DNA of 64,000 nucleotides from Alphaproteobacteria bacterium (GCA_021324545.1 JAJPIX010000036.1:1249-65248), one strand, 5' to 3'; positions 46,247 through 56,349 are shown, counted from the first letter of the stretch. A program made the numbers and translations. Notes: generated by a model not told the origin, from the letters alone.

Positions 46247-47088
46247 GCGCCTTCCCGCCGCTCGGTGAGCAGGTTCAGAACCGCGGCCGCCGTTTCCTCG
46301 ATCGAGCGGCGGGAAACATCGATCGTGGGCCAGTCCTGTTGCTCAAACAGCTTGCGCGTATGGGCGATTTCGGCCCGCACGCTGTCGATATCCACATAGT
46401 CGGTTGAGCGAATTTCGCCCAGCGCCGTGAGCCGGTTGCGCCTGACCTGCACGAGGCGGTCGGGCGATGCCCACAGCCCCACCACCAGCGGCTTGCGCAC
46501 GGCAATGAGCTGGGCCGGAACCGGAAGCCCGTGCATGATCGGCACATTGGCGGCGCGCACACCACGGATGGCAAGATAGACGCAAGTGGGCGTCTTGGAA
46601 GTGCGGCTTGCGCCAACCAGAACCACTTCCGCATCCTCGAGCGTATCGAGCGCCTGGCCGTCGTCATGGGCGATCGTGAAATTCAGCGCCTCGATGCGTT
46701 GCATGTAGCGCTGGTCCACGTCGTGCTGACCGCCGGGCTTGTGCGTTTCCGGAGCGCCCAGAAACCGTCCCATCGCCCTGACCGGAGCCTCCATCACGTC
46801 CAGACAGCCAACCTTGAGCGCGGCGCACCCCTTGATCAGGTTCGCGCGCAATTCGGGATTCACCATTGTGAACATCACAAGGCCGGGCTCGGCCCGCACA
46901 TGATCGAGCACCCGCTCAAGCTGGCGATGGCTTCGCACAAGCGCGTAGAGATGATCGTGCACCTGCACACCCTCGAATTGCGCCAGCGCCGCCTTCGCCA
47001 GCGAATTCAGCGTTTCTCCCGTGGCATCGGACACCAGGTGAATATGAAATTCGCGATCCACAGTTCTCCTCAATTCATCCAGAATCAA
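46243..47088 (-). CDS. pyruvate,phosphate dikinase / PEP synthase regulatory kinase-phosphorylase (DUF299, PpsR-like)
   Basis: FHIHLVSDATGETL N-terminus and P-loop-like GASRTSKTP. The start is uncertain: TTG at 47088, or GTG at 47061 preceded by AGGAGA. Confidence 0.85.
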   Translation of the reverse strand: MILDELRRTVDREFHIHLVSDATGETLNSLAKAALAQFEGVQVHDHLYALVRSHRQLERVLDHVRAEPGLVMFTMVNPELRANLIKGCAALKVGCLDVMEAPVRAMGRFLGAPETHKPGGQHDVDQRYMQRIEALNFTIAHDDGQALDTLEDAEVVLVGASRTSKTPTCVYLAIRGVRAANVPIMHGLPVPAQLIAVRKPLVVGLWASPDRLVQVRRNRLTALGEIRSTDYVDIDSVRAEIAHTRKLFEQQDWPTIDVSRRSIEETAAAVLNLLTERREGA

Positions 47089-47324
47089 TCACGGCTTGAG
47101 GACATCCGCTGCTGACGCCCCACCTGGCCGGCAACTTATCCCTGCCAATCCCCAGAGCCATCCGCAAGCGCCCGCCGGCTCATTCCCACAGCCCCCGGCA
47201 TCTTTTTGCATTGAATCCGGCCTGCCCAGGGCCTAGAGCATCGCCGCCCACGGTTTCTTCCACATTCCACAGGTACAACCACCTACTTTCATCATCCTAT
47301 AGAGTCTTTATTTTGAGGAATGAC

Positions 47325-48347
47325 TTGGGATCGAAGCTGACCGACGTCTTGAACCGAAAGGCGCAGAACCCGCCGCCGGTGTGGCTGATGCGGCAGGCAG
47401 GCCGCTACCTGCCGGAGTACAGGGCGCTGCGGGAGAATGCGGGTTCTTTCTGGAAGATGTGCGTGACGCCGCAACTGGCGGCGGAGATCACGCTTCAGCC
47501 GGTTCGCCGGTTCGGATTTGATGCAGCGATCATTTTTTCGGACATCATGCTGGTGCCCCATGCGCTGGGGCTTGATGTGGCATTCGAGGAGGGCCTGGGG
47601 CCGAAGCTTTCGCCCGTGGAAGATGTGCGCACGCTTGACCGGGATCGGGCCGCTTGGGGCAGGCGCCTTCTGCCCGTTTATGAGAGCCTGCGTCTGGTGC
47701 GGGAAAAACTGGGGACGGCGGCGCTTGTGGGTTTTGCCGGGGCGCCATGGACGCTTGCAACATATCTTGCGGAAGGGCGCGGCTCGCCGGACCAGCAGAA
47801 GGCACGGCTGTGGATGTACCGCGATCCGGCCGGGTTTTCCGAACTTGTGGGCGTTGTCTCGGAATGCGTAGCGTTCCATCTCATTGAGCAGCTGAAGGCC
47901 GGCGCCGACGCCGTGCAGCTTTTCGACAGCTGGGCAGGCGGGTTGCCGGCGGAAGAATTCGAGCGCTTTGTCGTGGCGCCGACGAAATCCATTGTGGACA
48001 AGGTGCGCGCGGAGAGGCCCGAGGCGAGAATTATCGGCTTTCCGCGGGGCGCCACGCTTCAAGGCTACGAGCAATATGCCGCCATGACCGGCGTGGATGC
48101 GGTCTCGCTGGACACGGCGGTACCCATTGGCTGGGCGGCCAGAACGCTTGGGCCCAAAATCGCCTTGCAGGGCAATCTTGACCCGCTGGCGTTGCTGGTC
48201 GGCGGCGATGCGCTGGCCAGGGCTGTGGACAGGATCCTGGCGGTCACCGCGAATGTGCCCTTCATCTTCAATCTGGGTCACGGGGTTCTGCCGAATACGC
48301 CGCCCGAGAATGTTGCCGCGCTGGTTGCGCGCGTGAGGGCAGCGTGA
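47325..48347 (+). CDS. hemE: uroporphyrinogen decarboxylase
   Basis: PPVWLMRQAGRYLPEY signature. There is no in-frame ATG near the conserved N-terminus. TTG 47325 is preceded by GAGGAA; an alternative TTG lies at 47313. Confidence 0.85.
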   Translation: MGSKLTDVLNRKAQNPPPVWLMRQAGRYLPEYRALRENAGSFWKMCVTPQLAAEITLQPVRRFGFDAAIIFSDIMLVPHALGLDVAFEEGLGPKLSPVEDVRTLDRDRAAWGRRLLPVYESLRLVREKLGTAALVGFAGAPWTLATYLAEGRGSPDQQKARLWMYRDPAGFSELVGVVSECVAFHLIEQLKAGADAVQLFDSWAGGLPAEEFERFVVAPTKSIVDKVRAERPEARIIGFPRGATLQGYEQYAAMTGVDAVSLDTAVPIGWAARTLGPKIALQGNLDPLALLVGGDALARAVDRILAVTANVPFIFNLGHGVLPNTPPENVAALVARVRAA

Positions 48348-49369
48348 AAGTCGCCGTGGTGCTGTTCAATCTGGGCGGCCCCGACAGCCCCGAGGCGGTA
48401 GAGCCGTTTCTCTTCAATCTGTTCTCCGATCCGGCCATTCTCTCCCTTCCCGGGATTCTGCGCCGCCCGCTTGCAAGGCTGATCGCGCGGCGGCGCGCGC
48501 CGGTGGCCCGGGAGATTTACGCCAAAATCGGCGGCCGTTCGCCGATTCTGGAGCAGACGCAAGGCCAGGCGCACGCGCTGGAAATGGCGCTGGCGGCTTG
48601 CGGTCACGAGGCGAAAGCCTTCGTCGCCATGCGCTGCGCCAGACCATTCGCGGCAGAGGCAGTTGCCGCGGTGAAGGCCTGGATGCCGGAGAAGACGGTT
48701 CTTTTGCCGCTCTATCCGCAGTTTTCCACAACCACGACGGCATCGTCCTTCAGCGACTGGAACAGGGCCGCGCGCAAGGCACGGTTTGCCATGCCGCAGG
48801 CCAGTATCTGCTGTTATCCGACGGCCGGCGGCTTCATTGCGGCCCAGGCGCAGCTGATTCTCGAAGCGTTTGCGAAGGCAAAGACGGGTGTGGATTACCG
48901 GCTGTTGCTATCGGCGCACGGCCTTCCCAGACGCGTGATTGCAAAGGGCGATCCCTACCAGTGGCAGGTGGAAAAAACAGCCCGCGCGATTGTGGACAGC
49001 CTGGGGATCATGAATCTCGACTGGACCGTCTGCTACCAAAGCCGGGTGGGCCCGCTTCAATGGCTCCAACCGGCAACGGACGCCGAAGTCGCGCGCGCCG
49101 GCGCCGACGAAATGGGTGTGGTCGTGGCGCCCATCGCCTTTGTGTGCGAGCACTCCGAAACGCTGGTGGAGCTCGATATCGAATACGAAGCGCTTGCGCG
49201 CGAGACCGGCGCGGCCGATTACATTCGCGTGCCTGCTGTGGGCACGCATCCGGCGTTCATTGCAAGCCTGCGCGATCTTGTGTTGCAGGCGGCCCTCGCC
49301 GGCGGCACGGTGACGAGCGCGCCATCGCGCCTTTGCCCCGCCGGCTTTGCGTGCTGCGCTTACAGGTGA
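48344..49369 (+). CDS. hemH: ferrochelatase
   Basis: VLFNLGGPD N-terminus, LSAHGLP, and FVCEHSETL. GTGA overlap with hemE. Confidence 0.9.
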   Translation: MKVAVVLFNLGGPDSPEAVEPFLFNLFSDPAILSLPGILRRPLARLIARRRAPVAREIYAKIGGRSPILEQTQGQAHALEMALAACGHEAKAFVAMRCARPFAAEAVAAVKAWMPEKTVLLPLYPQFSTTTTASSFSDWNRAARKARFAMPQASICCYPTAGGFIAAQAQLILEAFAKAKTGVDYRLLLSAHGLPRRVIAKGDPYQWQVEKTARAIVDSLGIMNLDWTVCYQSRVGPLQWLQPATDAEVARAGADEMGVVVAPIAFVCEHSETLVELDIEYEALARETGAADYIRVPAVGTHPAFIASLRDLVLQAALAGGTVTSAPSRLCPAGFACCAYR

Positions 49370-49376
49370 GGACGGA

Positions 49377-49823
49377 ATGGGTGTTCTTCATTCGCAGGGT
49401 TTCTATCTCTGGATCAAGGCGTTGCACATCATTTCGATGGTGGCGTGGATGGCGGGCATGCTCTATCTGCCGCGGCTGTTCGTTTATCATTGCGAGGCCG
49501 CGCCCGGATCGGCCGAGTCCGAACGCTTCAAGGTGATGGAGAAGAGGCTTCTTCGCGTCATCACCAACCCGGCGATGGTCGCGACCTGGATTTTCGGCAT
49601 CACGCTCGTCGTCATGACCCGCGCCGACCAGCAGCACTGGTTCCAGCTCAAGTTCCTGCTGGTCCTTGCGATGAGCGCCGTGCACGGGCTCTATTCACGC
49701 TGGCGCAGGGACTTTGCGAAGGACGCCAACAGGCACCCGGCCAGCTTCTACCGGCTGTGGAACGAGGTGCCGACGGTGCTTCTGATCGCGATCGTGATCC
49801 TTGTGGTCGTTAAACCTTTTTGA
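49377..49823 (+). CDS. hemJ: protoporphyrinogen IX oxidase HemJ (UPF0093 family)
   Basis: WIKALHIISMVAWMAGMLYLPRLFVYH signature and 4 TM helices. ATG 49377 is preceded by GAGGA. Confidence 0.8.
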   Translation: MGVLHSQGFYLWIKALHIISMVAWMAGMLYLPRLFVYHCEAAPGSAESERFKVMEKRLLRVITNPAMVATWIFGITLVVMTRADQQHWFQLKFLLVLAMSAVHGLYSRWRRDFAKDANRHPASFYRLWNEVPTVLLIAIVILVVVKPF

Positions 49824-49834
49824 CCCCTAAGGGA

Positions 49835-49862
49835 TTGCATCGGCAACAAAACCGGCTATATT
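49835..49862 (+). promoter_or_regulatory. sigma70-like promoter candidate for rho
   Basis: TTGCAT (49835-49840), 16 nt, TATATT (49857-49862). It would give a leader of roughly 200 nt before rho. Confidence 0.45.
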
Positions 49863-50073
49863 TGCGTTAGTTCCCCATTGACGCCTGAAGGACCCGCGCA
49901 AGGCTTGTTGCGTGCGGCCACCCGGCCAGAGCCGGGCAAAGACGTCAGATGCTTCCGGATGTGATCTGCAGTGGCGGCTTGCCGCTTCCGCGGACGTACG
50001 GACCCGACCCTCCCAAGTTCGAAGTTTTCTCAGGTGTAACCTTCCCATGACAGTGCAAAACGGCCTGCAGGCG

Positions 50074-51330
<1,257 letters not shown>

Positions 51331-51376
51331 ATCCGGCGGTTCGGCCATTTGCACGCAAAGCCGCGTGCTCGGAATC

Positions 51377-51931
51377 TCAGTGCCGGGCCTCAAGCGCCTT
51401 GGCGCGGGCGCTCACATAGTCCATGGCGGCAAGCAGAAGCCCCACGGCCACGATCGTCACCAGAATCCCGATCTGCCAGCCGAGCACGGCGATATCGAGC
51501 TTTTCGGGCCGCATGAAGGTTTCCAGCAGATGGATCGCCGAGATCGCTGCGATGGAGGAAATGAGCTTGAGCTTCATGCCGGAGAAATCGATTGTCCCCA
51601 TCCAGCTGGGCCAGTCCCTGTGGTTTTCCGCCGTCATCCGCGAAACGAAATTCTCATAACCGGCCAGAATGACCGTGAACATCAGATTGGCCACAAGCGA
51701 CAGATCCACGAGCAGCAGGACCCAGAGAATCACATCCGTCTCGTGCATGTTGATGAGTTCGGGAAGCCGCTCGATGAGCTCGCGCGCAAAAATCAGAAGC
51801 AGCGCAGCCAGCGCGACGACAAGGCCGAGATAAAACGGCGCCATCAGCCAGCGGCTTGCGAACAGCACGGCCTCCAGCGCCTGCTCGATCCGGTAAAGCC
51901 CGCCCTGTCCGCTCTGCTGCGCCTCGGCCAT
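51377..51931 (-). CDS. YqhA/UPF0114 family membrane protein (copy 1)
   Basis: 184 codons. SRWLMAPFYLGL, AGYENFVS, and DFSGMKLKL motifs shared with copy 2. Confidence 0.75.
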   Translation of the reverse strand: MAEAQQSGQGGLYRIEQALEAVLFASRWLMAPFYLGLVVALAALLLIFARELIERLPELINMHETDVILWVLLLVDLSLVANLMFTVILAGYENFVSRMTAENHRDWPSWMGTIDFSGMKLKLISSIAAISAIHLLETFMRPEKLDIAVLGWQIGILVTIVAVGLLLAAMDYVSARAKALEARH

Positions 51932-51935
51932 CGGT

Positions 51936-52484
51936 CTATTCCCCCGGCAGGGCCCTGTTCTCGGCGCCGCGCTCGCCCAGCCAATCCATCACCGCGAGCA
52001 GCACGCCGGAAATCAGGAATACGCCGTGCAGCGCGATCAGCCAGGTGAGGGTATTCTTGTCCACGCTCTCGATGGACATGAATGCCTTGAGCAGATGGAT
52101 GACGGAGATCGCGATGATGGAGGCCACGAGTTTCAGCTTCATGTTGCTGAAATCCACCCGCCCCATCCAGTCGGGCCGGTCGGTGTTGTCTTCGAGGTCG
52201 AATTTGGAAACGAAGTTTTCATAGCCCGCAAAGACGACCATCAGGGTCAGATTGGCCGCGAGCGACATGTCGATCAGCGTCAGCAGCCAGACGACCACGG
52301 TGTTTTCTTCCAGATCGAAGGTGAGAAGCTTTGAGGTTTCCACCGCAAGCTCCTTGCCGAACGTGATGAGAAGGACAAACAGGCCGATGACGAGGCCGAT
52401 GTAGAACGGCGCCATGATCCAGCGGCTGCGGAACAGCCCCTGTTCGAACAACTCCTCCAGCGATCGGCGCCCGTCCTGCGACAT
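51936..52484 (-). CDS. YqhA/UPF0114 family membrane protein (copy 2)
   Basis: 182 codons from ATG 52482-52484. SRWIMAPFYIGL, AGYENFVS, DFSNMKLKL. Lies 4 nt upstream of copy 1. Confidence 0.75.
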   Translation of the reverse strand: MSQDGRRSLEELFEQGLFRSRWIMAPFYIGLVIGLFVLLITFGKELAVETSKLLTFDLEENTVVVWLLTLIDMSLAANLTLMVVFAGYENFVSKFDLEDNTDRPDWMGRVDFSNMKLKLVASIIAISVIHLLKAFMSIESVDKNTLTWLIALHGVFLISGVLLAVMDWLGERGAENRALPGE

Positions 52485-52629
52485 GAATTCCCCCGGTGAT
52501 TCGCGCAGCCCACAGGGTAAGGCCAAACCCGGCTGCCGAAACGGGGTTCTTGGGGGCCGCCCGCCCGGTTGACCGCCAAAGCCCCTTGGGCGGACAATCC
52601 CGCAGGACCGGCTATCGAAAGGCAAAATC

Positions 52630-53244
52630 ATGAGCGCCCATGGCGAACAGCGCGCCAAATTCCACGCCATGACGGAGGGAACACCGGACGACTGGCTGAA
52701 AATTGCCAGCGCTTCCGTGGAATTCAACCGGCAGCTGCCCGAGCGTGTCCTGTCTCACCTCAAGCTTCTGGAGGGCGATTGCGGGGGTTTTGCCGTGGAC
52801 CGGCTTGAACATTCGCTGCAGGCGGCGACGCTGGCCCATCGCGACGGGATGGGCGAGGAATATGTGGTTTGTGCGCTGCTGCACGACATCGGCGACATTC
52901 TGGCGTCGGCCAACCATGCCGAGCTTGGCGCCACGATCCTCAAGCCGTTCGTTTCGGAGGAGAACTGGTGGATGCTGCAGCACCACGGCATCTTCCAGGG
53001 TTATTATTTTTTCCACTATCTGGGGCTGGACCGGAACATGCGCGAACAGTTCCGCGGCCATCCCTGCTTTGAACGGACGGCCGCCTTTTGCGCCCGCCAC
53101 GACCAGAACGCTTTTGATCCGGACTATGACAGCATGCCGCTGGACGCATTCGTGCCGATGGTCCATCGGGTGATGGCGCGCCCCAAGCGTTCGATCTATC
53201 TGCGCAGCGACGGCACGACACCCATTGCCCAGGCGGCGGAATGA
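52630..53244 (+). CDS. HD-domain protein resembling PhnZ/MIOX-type diiron oxygenases
   Basis: 204 codons. RLEHSLQAATLAHRDG...ALLHDIGD...NHAELG...LQHHG...RHDQNAFD gives an H..HD..H..H..D ligand pattern. Confidence 0.7.
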   Translation: MSAHGEQRAKFHAMTEGTPDDWLKIASASVEFNRQLPERVLSHLKLLEGDCGGFAVDRLEHSLQAATLAHRDGMGEEYVVCALLHDIGDILASANHAELGATILKPFVSEENWWMLQHHGIFQGYYFFHYLGLDRNMREQFRGHPCFERTAAFCARHDQNAFDPDYDSMPLDAFVPMVHRVMARPKRSIYLRSDGTTPIAQAAE

Positions 53245-53341
53245 CTCTTGCGGCCGCGGGCCGATCGCGACCTTGCATCAATCCCGGTTGATTGGAAGCA
53301 TGTGGTTCCGCTAATCGGAATCGCATGTGCAGGCATGGGCG

Positions 53342-53367
53342 GGAACGATATCCGCAGCCCCGCCGTT
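53342..53367 (+). promoter_or_regulatory. EcfG-type promoter match GGAAC-N17-CGTT
   Basis: GGAAC 53342-53346, 17-nt spacer, CGTT 53364-53367. It ends 46 nt upstream of ATG 53414, which has SD GAGGAGGG. Confidence 0.5.
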
Positions 53368-53413
53368 CCCGCACCTGAGGCTTACCGCAACCACTGACTT
53401 CGAGGAGGGCAAC

Positions 53414-53824
53414 ATGGCTCGCAGGAAAACCGGATCGCGCAAGACGGCAGGCAAGACCAGGAAGCGCCGCAGCAGCGCCGCGCGCCGCATGCCGGCACGC
53501 AAGGCAAAGGCCGGAAAGGCCGCGGCCCGCAAGACAAAGGGCGTGCGTGCAAAAAAGGCCGGCCGTGCAAAGGCCGCCGCAAAACGGCCCGCGAAAAAAA
53601 CCGGCGGCAAGACACGCGCGCGCAAGGAGATTTTCGGAGAGGGCAATTACACGGCCACCCGCAACTTCGACAGGGCCGAAAAAGCCTTCGTGAAGCGCAA
53701 CCGAAGCCGCATTCCGGAGCTGGGAAAGGAAGCGGAAAAGGCGCTGGAAGGCCCTGAGGGCCCGCAACTTCAGGAAGCCGAACAGGAAGCCGCCGCCCCC
53801 GGCCGCGAGGACGAGGCGGCATAG
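53414..53824 (+). CDS. basic protein with histone-H1-like Lys/Arg/Ala-rich N-terminal half
   Basis: 136 codons. The N-half is MARRKTGSRKTAGKTRKRRSSAARRMPARKAKAGKAAARKTKGVRAKKAGRAKAAAKRPAKKTGGKTRARK. The C-half is EIFGEGNYTATRNFDRAEKAFVKRNRSRIPELGKEAEKALEG plus an acidic tail. Confidence 0.6.
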   Translation: MARRKTGSRKTAGKTRKRRSSAARRMPARKAKAGKAAARKTKGVRAKKAGRAKAAAKRPAKKTGGKTRARKEIFGEGNYTATRNFDRAEKAFVKRNRSRIPELGKEAEKALEGPEGPQLQEAEQEAAAPGREDEAA

Positions 53825-53830
53825 CGGACG

Positions 53831-54322
53831 CTAAACCAGGCGACTTGCTTTCAACCAGAGTTCCGCAAGGTTCTCGAACCCGGCGCGGTCGGCTTCGTCG
53901 AAGCGGCCGCGCACGGGAGCATCGCAGTCCAGAACCCCGATCAGCCGGCCCTCATGGATGAGGGGCACGACGATTTCGGAGCGGGAATCCGCGTCGCATG
54001 CGATATGCCCCGGGAATTCGGCGACGTCCGGCACGATCAGGGTTTTGCGCCTTTCGGCGGCCGTACCGCACACGCCCTCGCCCATGGCAATTCGCACGCA
54101 GGCAGGCTTGCCCTGGAACGGGCCGAGCACAAGCTCGCCATCCTTGAGAAAATAGAAGCCGATCCAGTTGATGCCGGTCAGGCCGAGCCAGATGAGGGCG
54201 GCAAGGTTTGCGGCATTGGCGATCACGTCGCGCTCGCCCTCGAACAGCCCGCGCGCCTGGCGGGCCAGCTCGGCATAGATTTCGGGCTTTGTGCCCGCAG
54301 GCCTGGTTGCGGCGAACGTCAT
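53831..54322 (-). CDS. GAF-domain protein of the free methionine-(R)-sulfoxide reductase (fRMsr/YebR) type
   Basis: 163 codons. NWIGFYF...[20 protein letters not shown]...[16 protein letters not shown] pattern. ATGA overlap with msrB. Confidence 0.75.
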   Translation of the reverse strand: MTFAATRPAGTKPEIYAELARQARGLFEGERDVIANAANLAALIWLGLTGINWIGFYFLKDGELVLGPFQGKPACVRIAMGEGVCGTAAERRKTLIVPDVAEFPGHIACDADSRSEIVVPLIHEGRLIGVLDCDAPVRGRFDEADRAGFENLAELWLKASRLV

Positions 54323-54726
54323 TTCTCGTCGGCCATGAACTTGAGCGCGCCGCCATTCATGCAGTAGCGCAGGCCCGTTGGCCGGGGCCCATCCGGGAAA
54401 ACATGGCCCAGATGCCCGCCGCATCGGGCGCAAAGGACCTCTTCGCGCACCATCCCATGGCTTTTGTCGGTGCGGGTTTCCACCGCGCCGTCCTTTGGCC
54501 TGTAGAAGCTCGGCCAGCCCGAACCGCTTTCATATTTGGTGGCGGATTCATAGAGCGGCGCGCCGCAGCCGGCGCAGACATATTCGCCCTTGCGCTTTTC
54601 ATGATTCAGGGGGCTGGACCCGGCGGGCTCGGTGCCGCACTGGCGCAGGATGCGGTATTGCTCCGGCGAGAGCTCACGTTTCCAGTCCACTTCCGATCGC
54701 GAGACGGGGTGGGTTTTCCGATCCAT
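54319..54726 (-). CDS. msrB: peptide-methionine (R)-S-oxide reductase MsrB
   Basis: CAGCGAPLY...GWPSF...[12 protein letters not shown]...RYC motifs. Confidence 0.95.
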   Translation of the reverse strand: MDRKTHPVSRSEVDWKRELSPEQYRILRQCGTEPAGSSPLNHEKRKGEYVCAGCGAPLYESATKYESGSGWPSFYRPKDGAVETRTDKSHGMVREEVLCARCGGHLGHVFPDGPRPTGLRYCMNGGALKFMADEK

Positions 54727-54771
54727 GTTTTTCTCCTCACACCTGCCGATTCGCGGCTGTCGGCCCCAAGG

Positions 54772-55356
54772 TTACGGCGTCTGCGGCTTTTTCGATTCCG
54801 AAATGGCCCAGTTCAACGCCTGGGTCAGCCGGCCCTTGTTGCCGAAATCAAAGCCTGCGCCATAGCCGACATCGTCTATCCGCCAGCCTTTGTCGGTGAG
54901 CAATAGATAGACCGTATCGGTCCATTTTACAGGCTTGGCCGGCGGTCCGGCATGGCGGTTGTCGGACTTGCTCTCATCGTAAACGAGGTCAACCTTGCAA
55001 CTGCCCGACTTGCCGCTGGCCGTGCAGCTCTTCACGGCGTAGGACGTGGCGCCCTCGAAATTGGACGTAAACACATCGCCCTCCAGGAGCGGCGGCGAGT
55101 CGTTGTTGGTCGCCTTGGCATAGCGCGCTTCGGCCTGATCGCCTTCGATCAGGAGCCGGTCGAGCGCGGGCGTGATGAAAGGCTCGTATTTGGGCCGGAC
55201 CTTGGCGTCTGGAATTCCGTCACTCACCTCCACCGTCCGGTAGGCGGCAAAGAAGCGGTTCACGACGTCGCTGATTGCGGCATTGCCGGCCGGCGCGGCC
55301 GAAGCGACGGATGCCAAAAGACCAAGCAGGATGCAGGTTCCCGTTGCGATTTTCAT
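54772..55356 (-). CDS. exported hypothetical protein
   Basis: 194 codons with signal peptide MKIATGTCILLGLLASVASA. No motif recognised. Confidence 0.6.
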   Translation of the reverse strand: MKIATGTCILLGLLASVASAAPAGNAAISDVVNRFFAAYRTVEVSDGIPDAKVRPKYEPFITPALDRLLIEGDQAEARYAKATNNDSPPLLEGDVFTSNFEGATSYAVKSCTASGKSGSCKVDLVYDESKSDNRHAGPPAKPVKWTDTVYLLLTDKGWRIDDVGYGAGFDFGNKGRLTQALNWAISESKKPQTP

Positions 55357-55381
55357 GATGCGTTCCCCGAATGGATACCGT

Positions 55382-55786
55382 TCATTTCTTCAAGGCATCG
55401 CGGATGTCCCGCAACAGCAGCACCTCCTCGCTGGGCTCTGCCGGAGTTTCCGGCGTGGGCGTTTTCAGCCGGTTGATGGCGCGGATCAGAATGAAAAGCG
55501 CGATTGCCACGACGATGAAGTTTATGATCGTATTGATGAAAAGCCCATAATTGATCGTTACGGCGCCTGCCTTTTGCGCATCCGCAAGCGTTGCCAGATG
55601 CGGGCCCTTGAGGACGAAAAAGAATTCCGAGAAATCGATGCCGCCCATCAGCCAGCCGATCGGCGGCATGATCACATCCTTCACAAGAGAGTTGACGATG
55701 CCCGTGAAGGCCGCTCCGATCACGACACCGACGGCAAGATCGATGACATTGCCCCGCATCGCGAATTTCTTGAATTCCTGCCACAT
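55382..55786 (-). CDS. mscL: large-conductance mechanosensitive channel
   Basis: FKKFAMRGNVIDLAVGVVIGAAF signature; 134 codons. Confidence 0.95.
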   Translation of the reverse strand: MWQEFKKFAMRGNVIDLAVGVVIGAAFTGIVNSLVKDVIMPPIGWLMGGIDFSEFFFVLKGPHLATLADAQKAGAVTINYGLFINTIINFIVVAIALFILIRAINRLKTPTPETPAEPSEEVLLLRDIRDALKK

Positions 55787-55792
55787 CGTCCT

Positions 55793-56185
55793 TCAGCCCC
55801 GTTCTGTGGTTCCGCGCGCGGAACGTTCGAGCAGCCGCACGATAACCCACCCCAGCGCACAGCCGATAACCGCGCCCAGCGCGTTGGCGGCTTCGTCGCC
55901 CCATGATGCATCCCGACCGACAAGGCCCTGGGCGATCTCCAGCACCCCGCCCATGAGGATCAGAACGCCGGCCGCAACAGCTGCCCGGCGCCCCGGTGAC
56001 AGCGCCAGAAGGGAAAGCCCCGACAGGCCAAAATAAGCTATAAAATGCAATAGCTTATCCCATATGAGGGCGGCGGTGGGCGGGGTGGGCGCCAGCTCGC
56101 CCCACACGACGATGGCGATTGCCGGAACGATCGCCCAGCGGGCGATCTTCTGGGAGAATTGGAGAAACCGGGCGGAAAATTTCAT
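55793..56185 (-). CDS. VanZ-like membrane protein (tentative)
   Basis: 130 codons from ATG 56183-56185 with four hydrophobic helices and [13 protein letters not shown] / EIAQ pattern. Confidence 0.5.
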   Translation of the reverse strand: MKFSARFLQFSQKIARWAIVPAIAIVVWGELAPTPPTAALIWDKLLHFIAYFGLSGLSLLALSPGRRAAVAAGVLILMGGVLEIAQGLVGRDASWGDEAANALGAVIGCALGWVIVRLLERSARGTTERG

Positions 56186-56349
56186 GTGCGGTGGAAGCGG
56201 AAAGATGCTCCGTCTCGATGCACCAAGAAAACTTGCAAAACCACAAGAGTTTCGTTTATGACCGCGCCTCTTTCGGGGCCGCCCGGCCCAAAGGGCATGC
56301 CGTGGCGACCCGCAGGGCAACCGGCCCGGACGGGCCAAGGAGATGCAAA

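Noticed and set aside
56020-56060. AT-rich palindrome AAGCTAT-N8-ATAGCTT
   Set aside because: It lies inside the VanZ-like coding sequence and simply encodes [10 protein letters not shown]. There is no evidence for a separate function.
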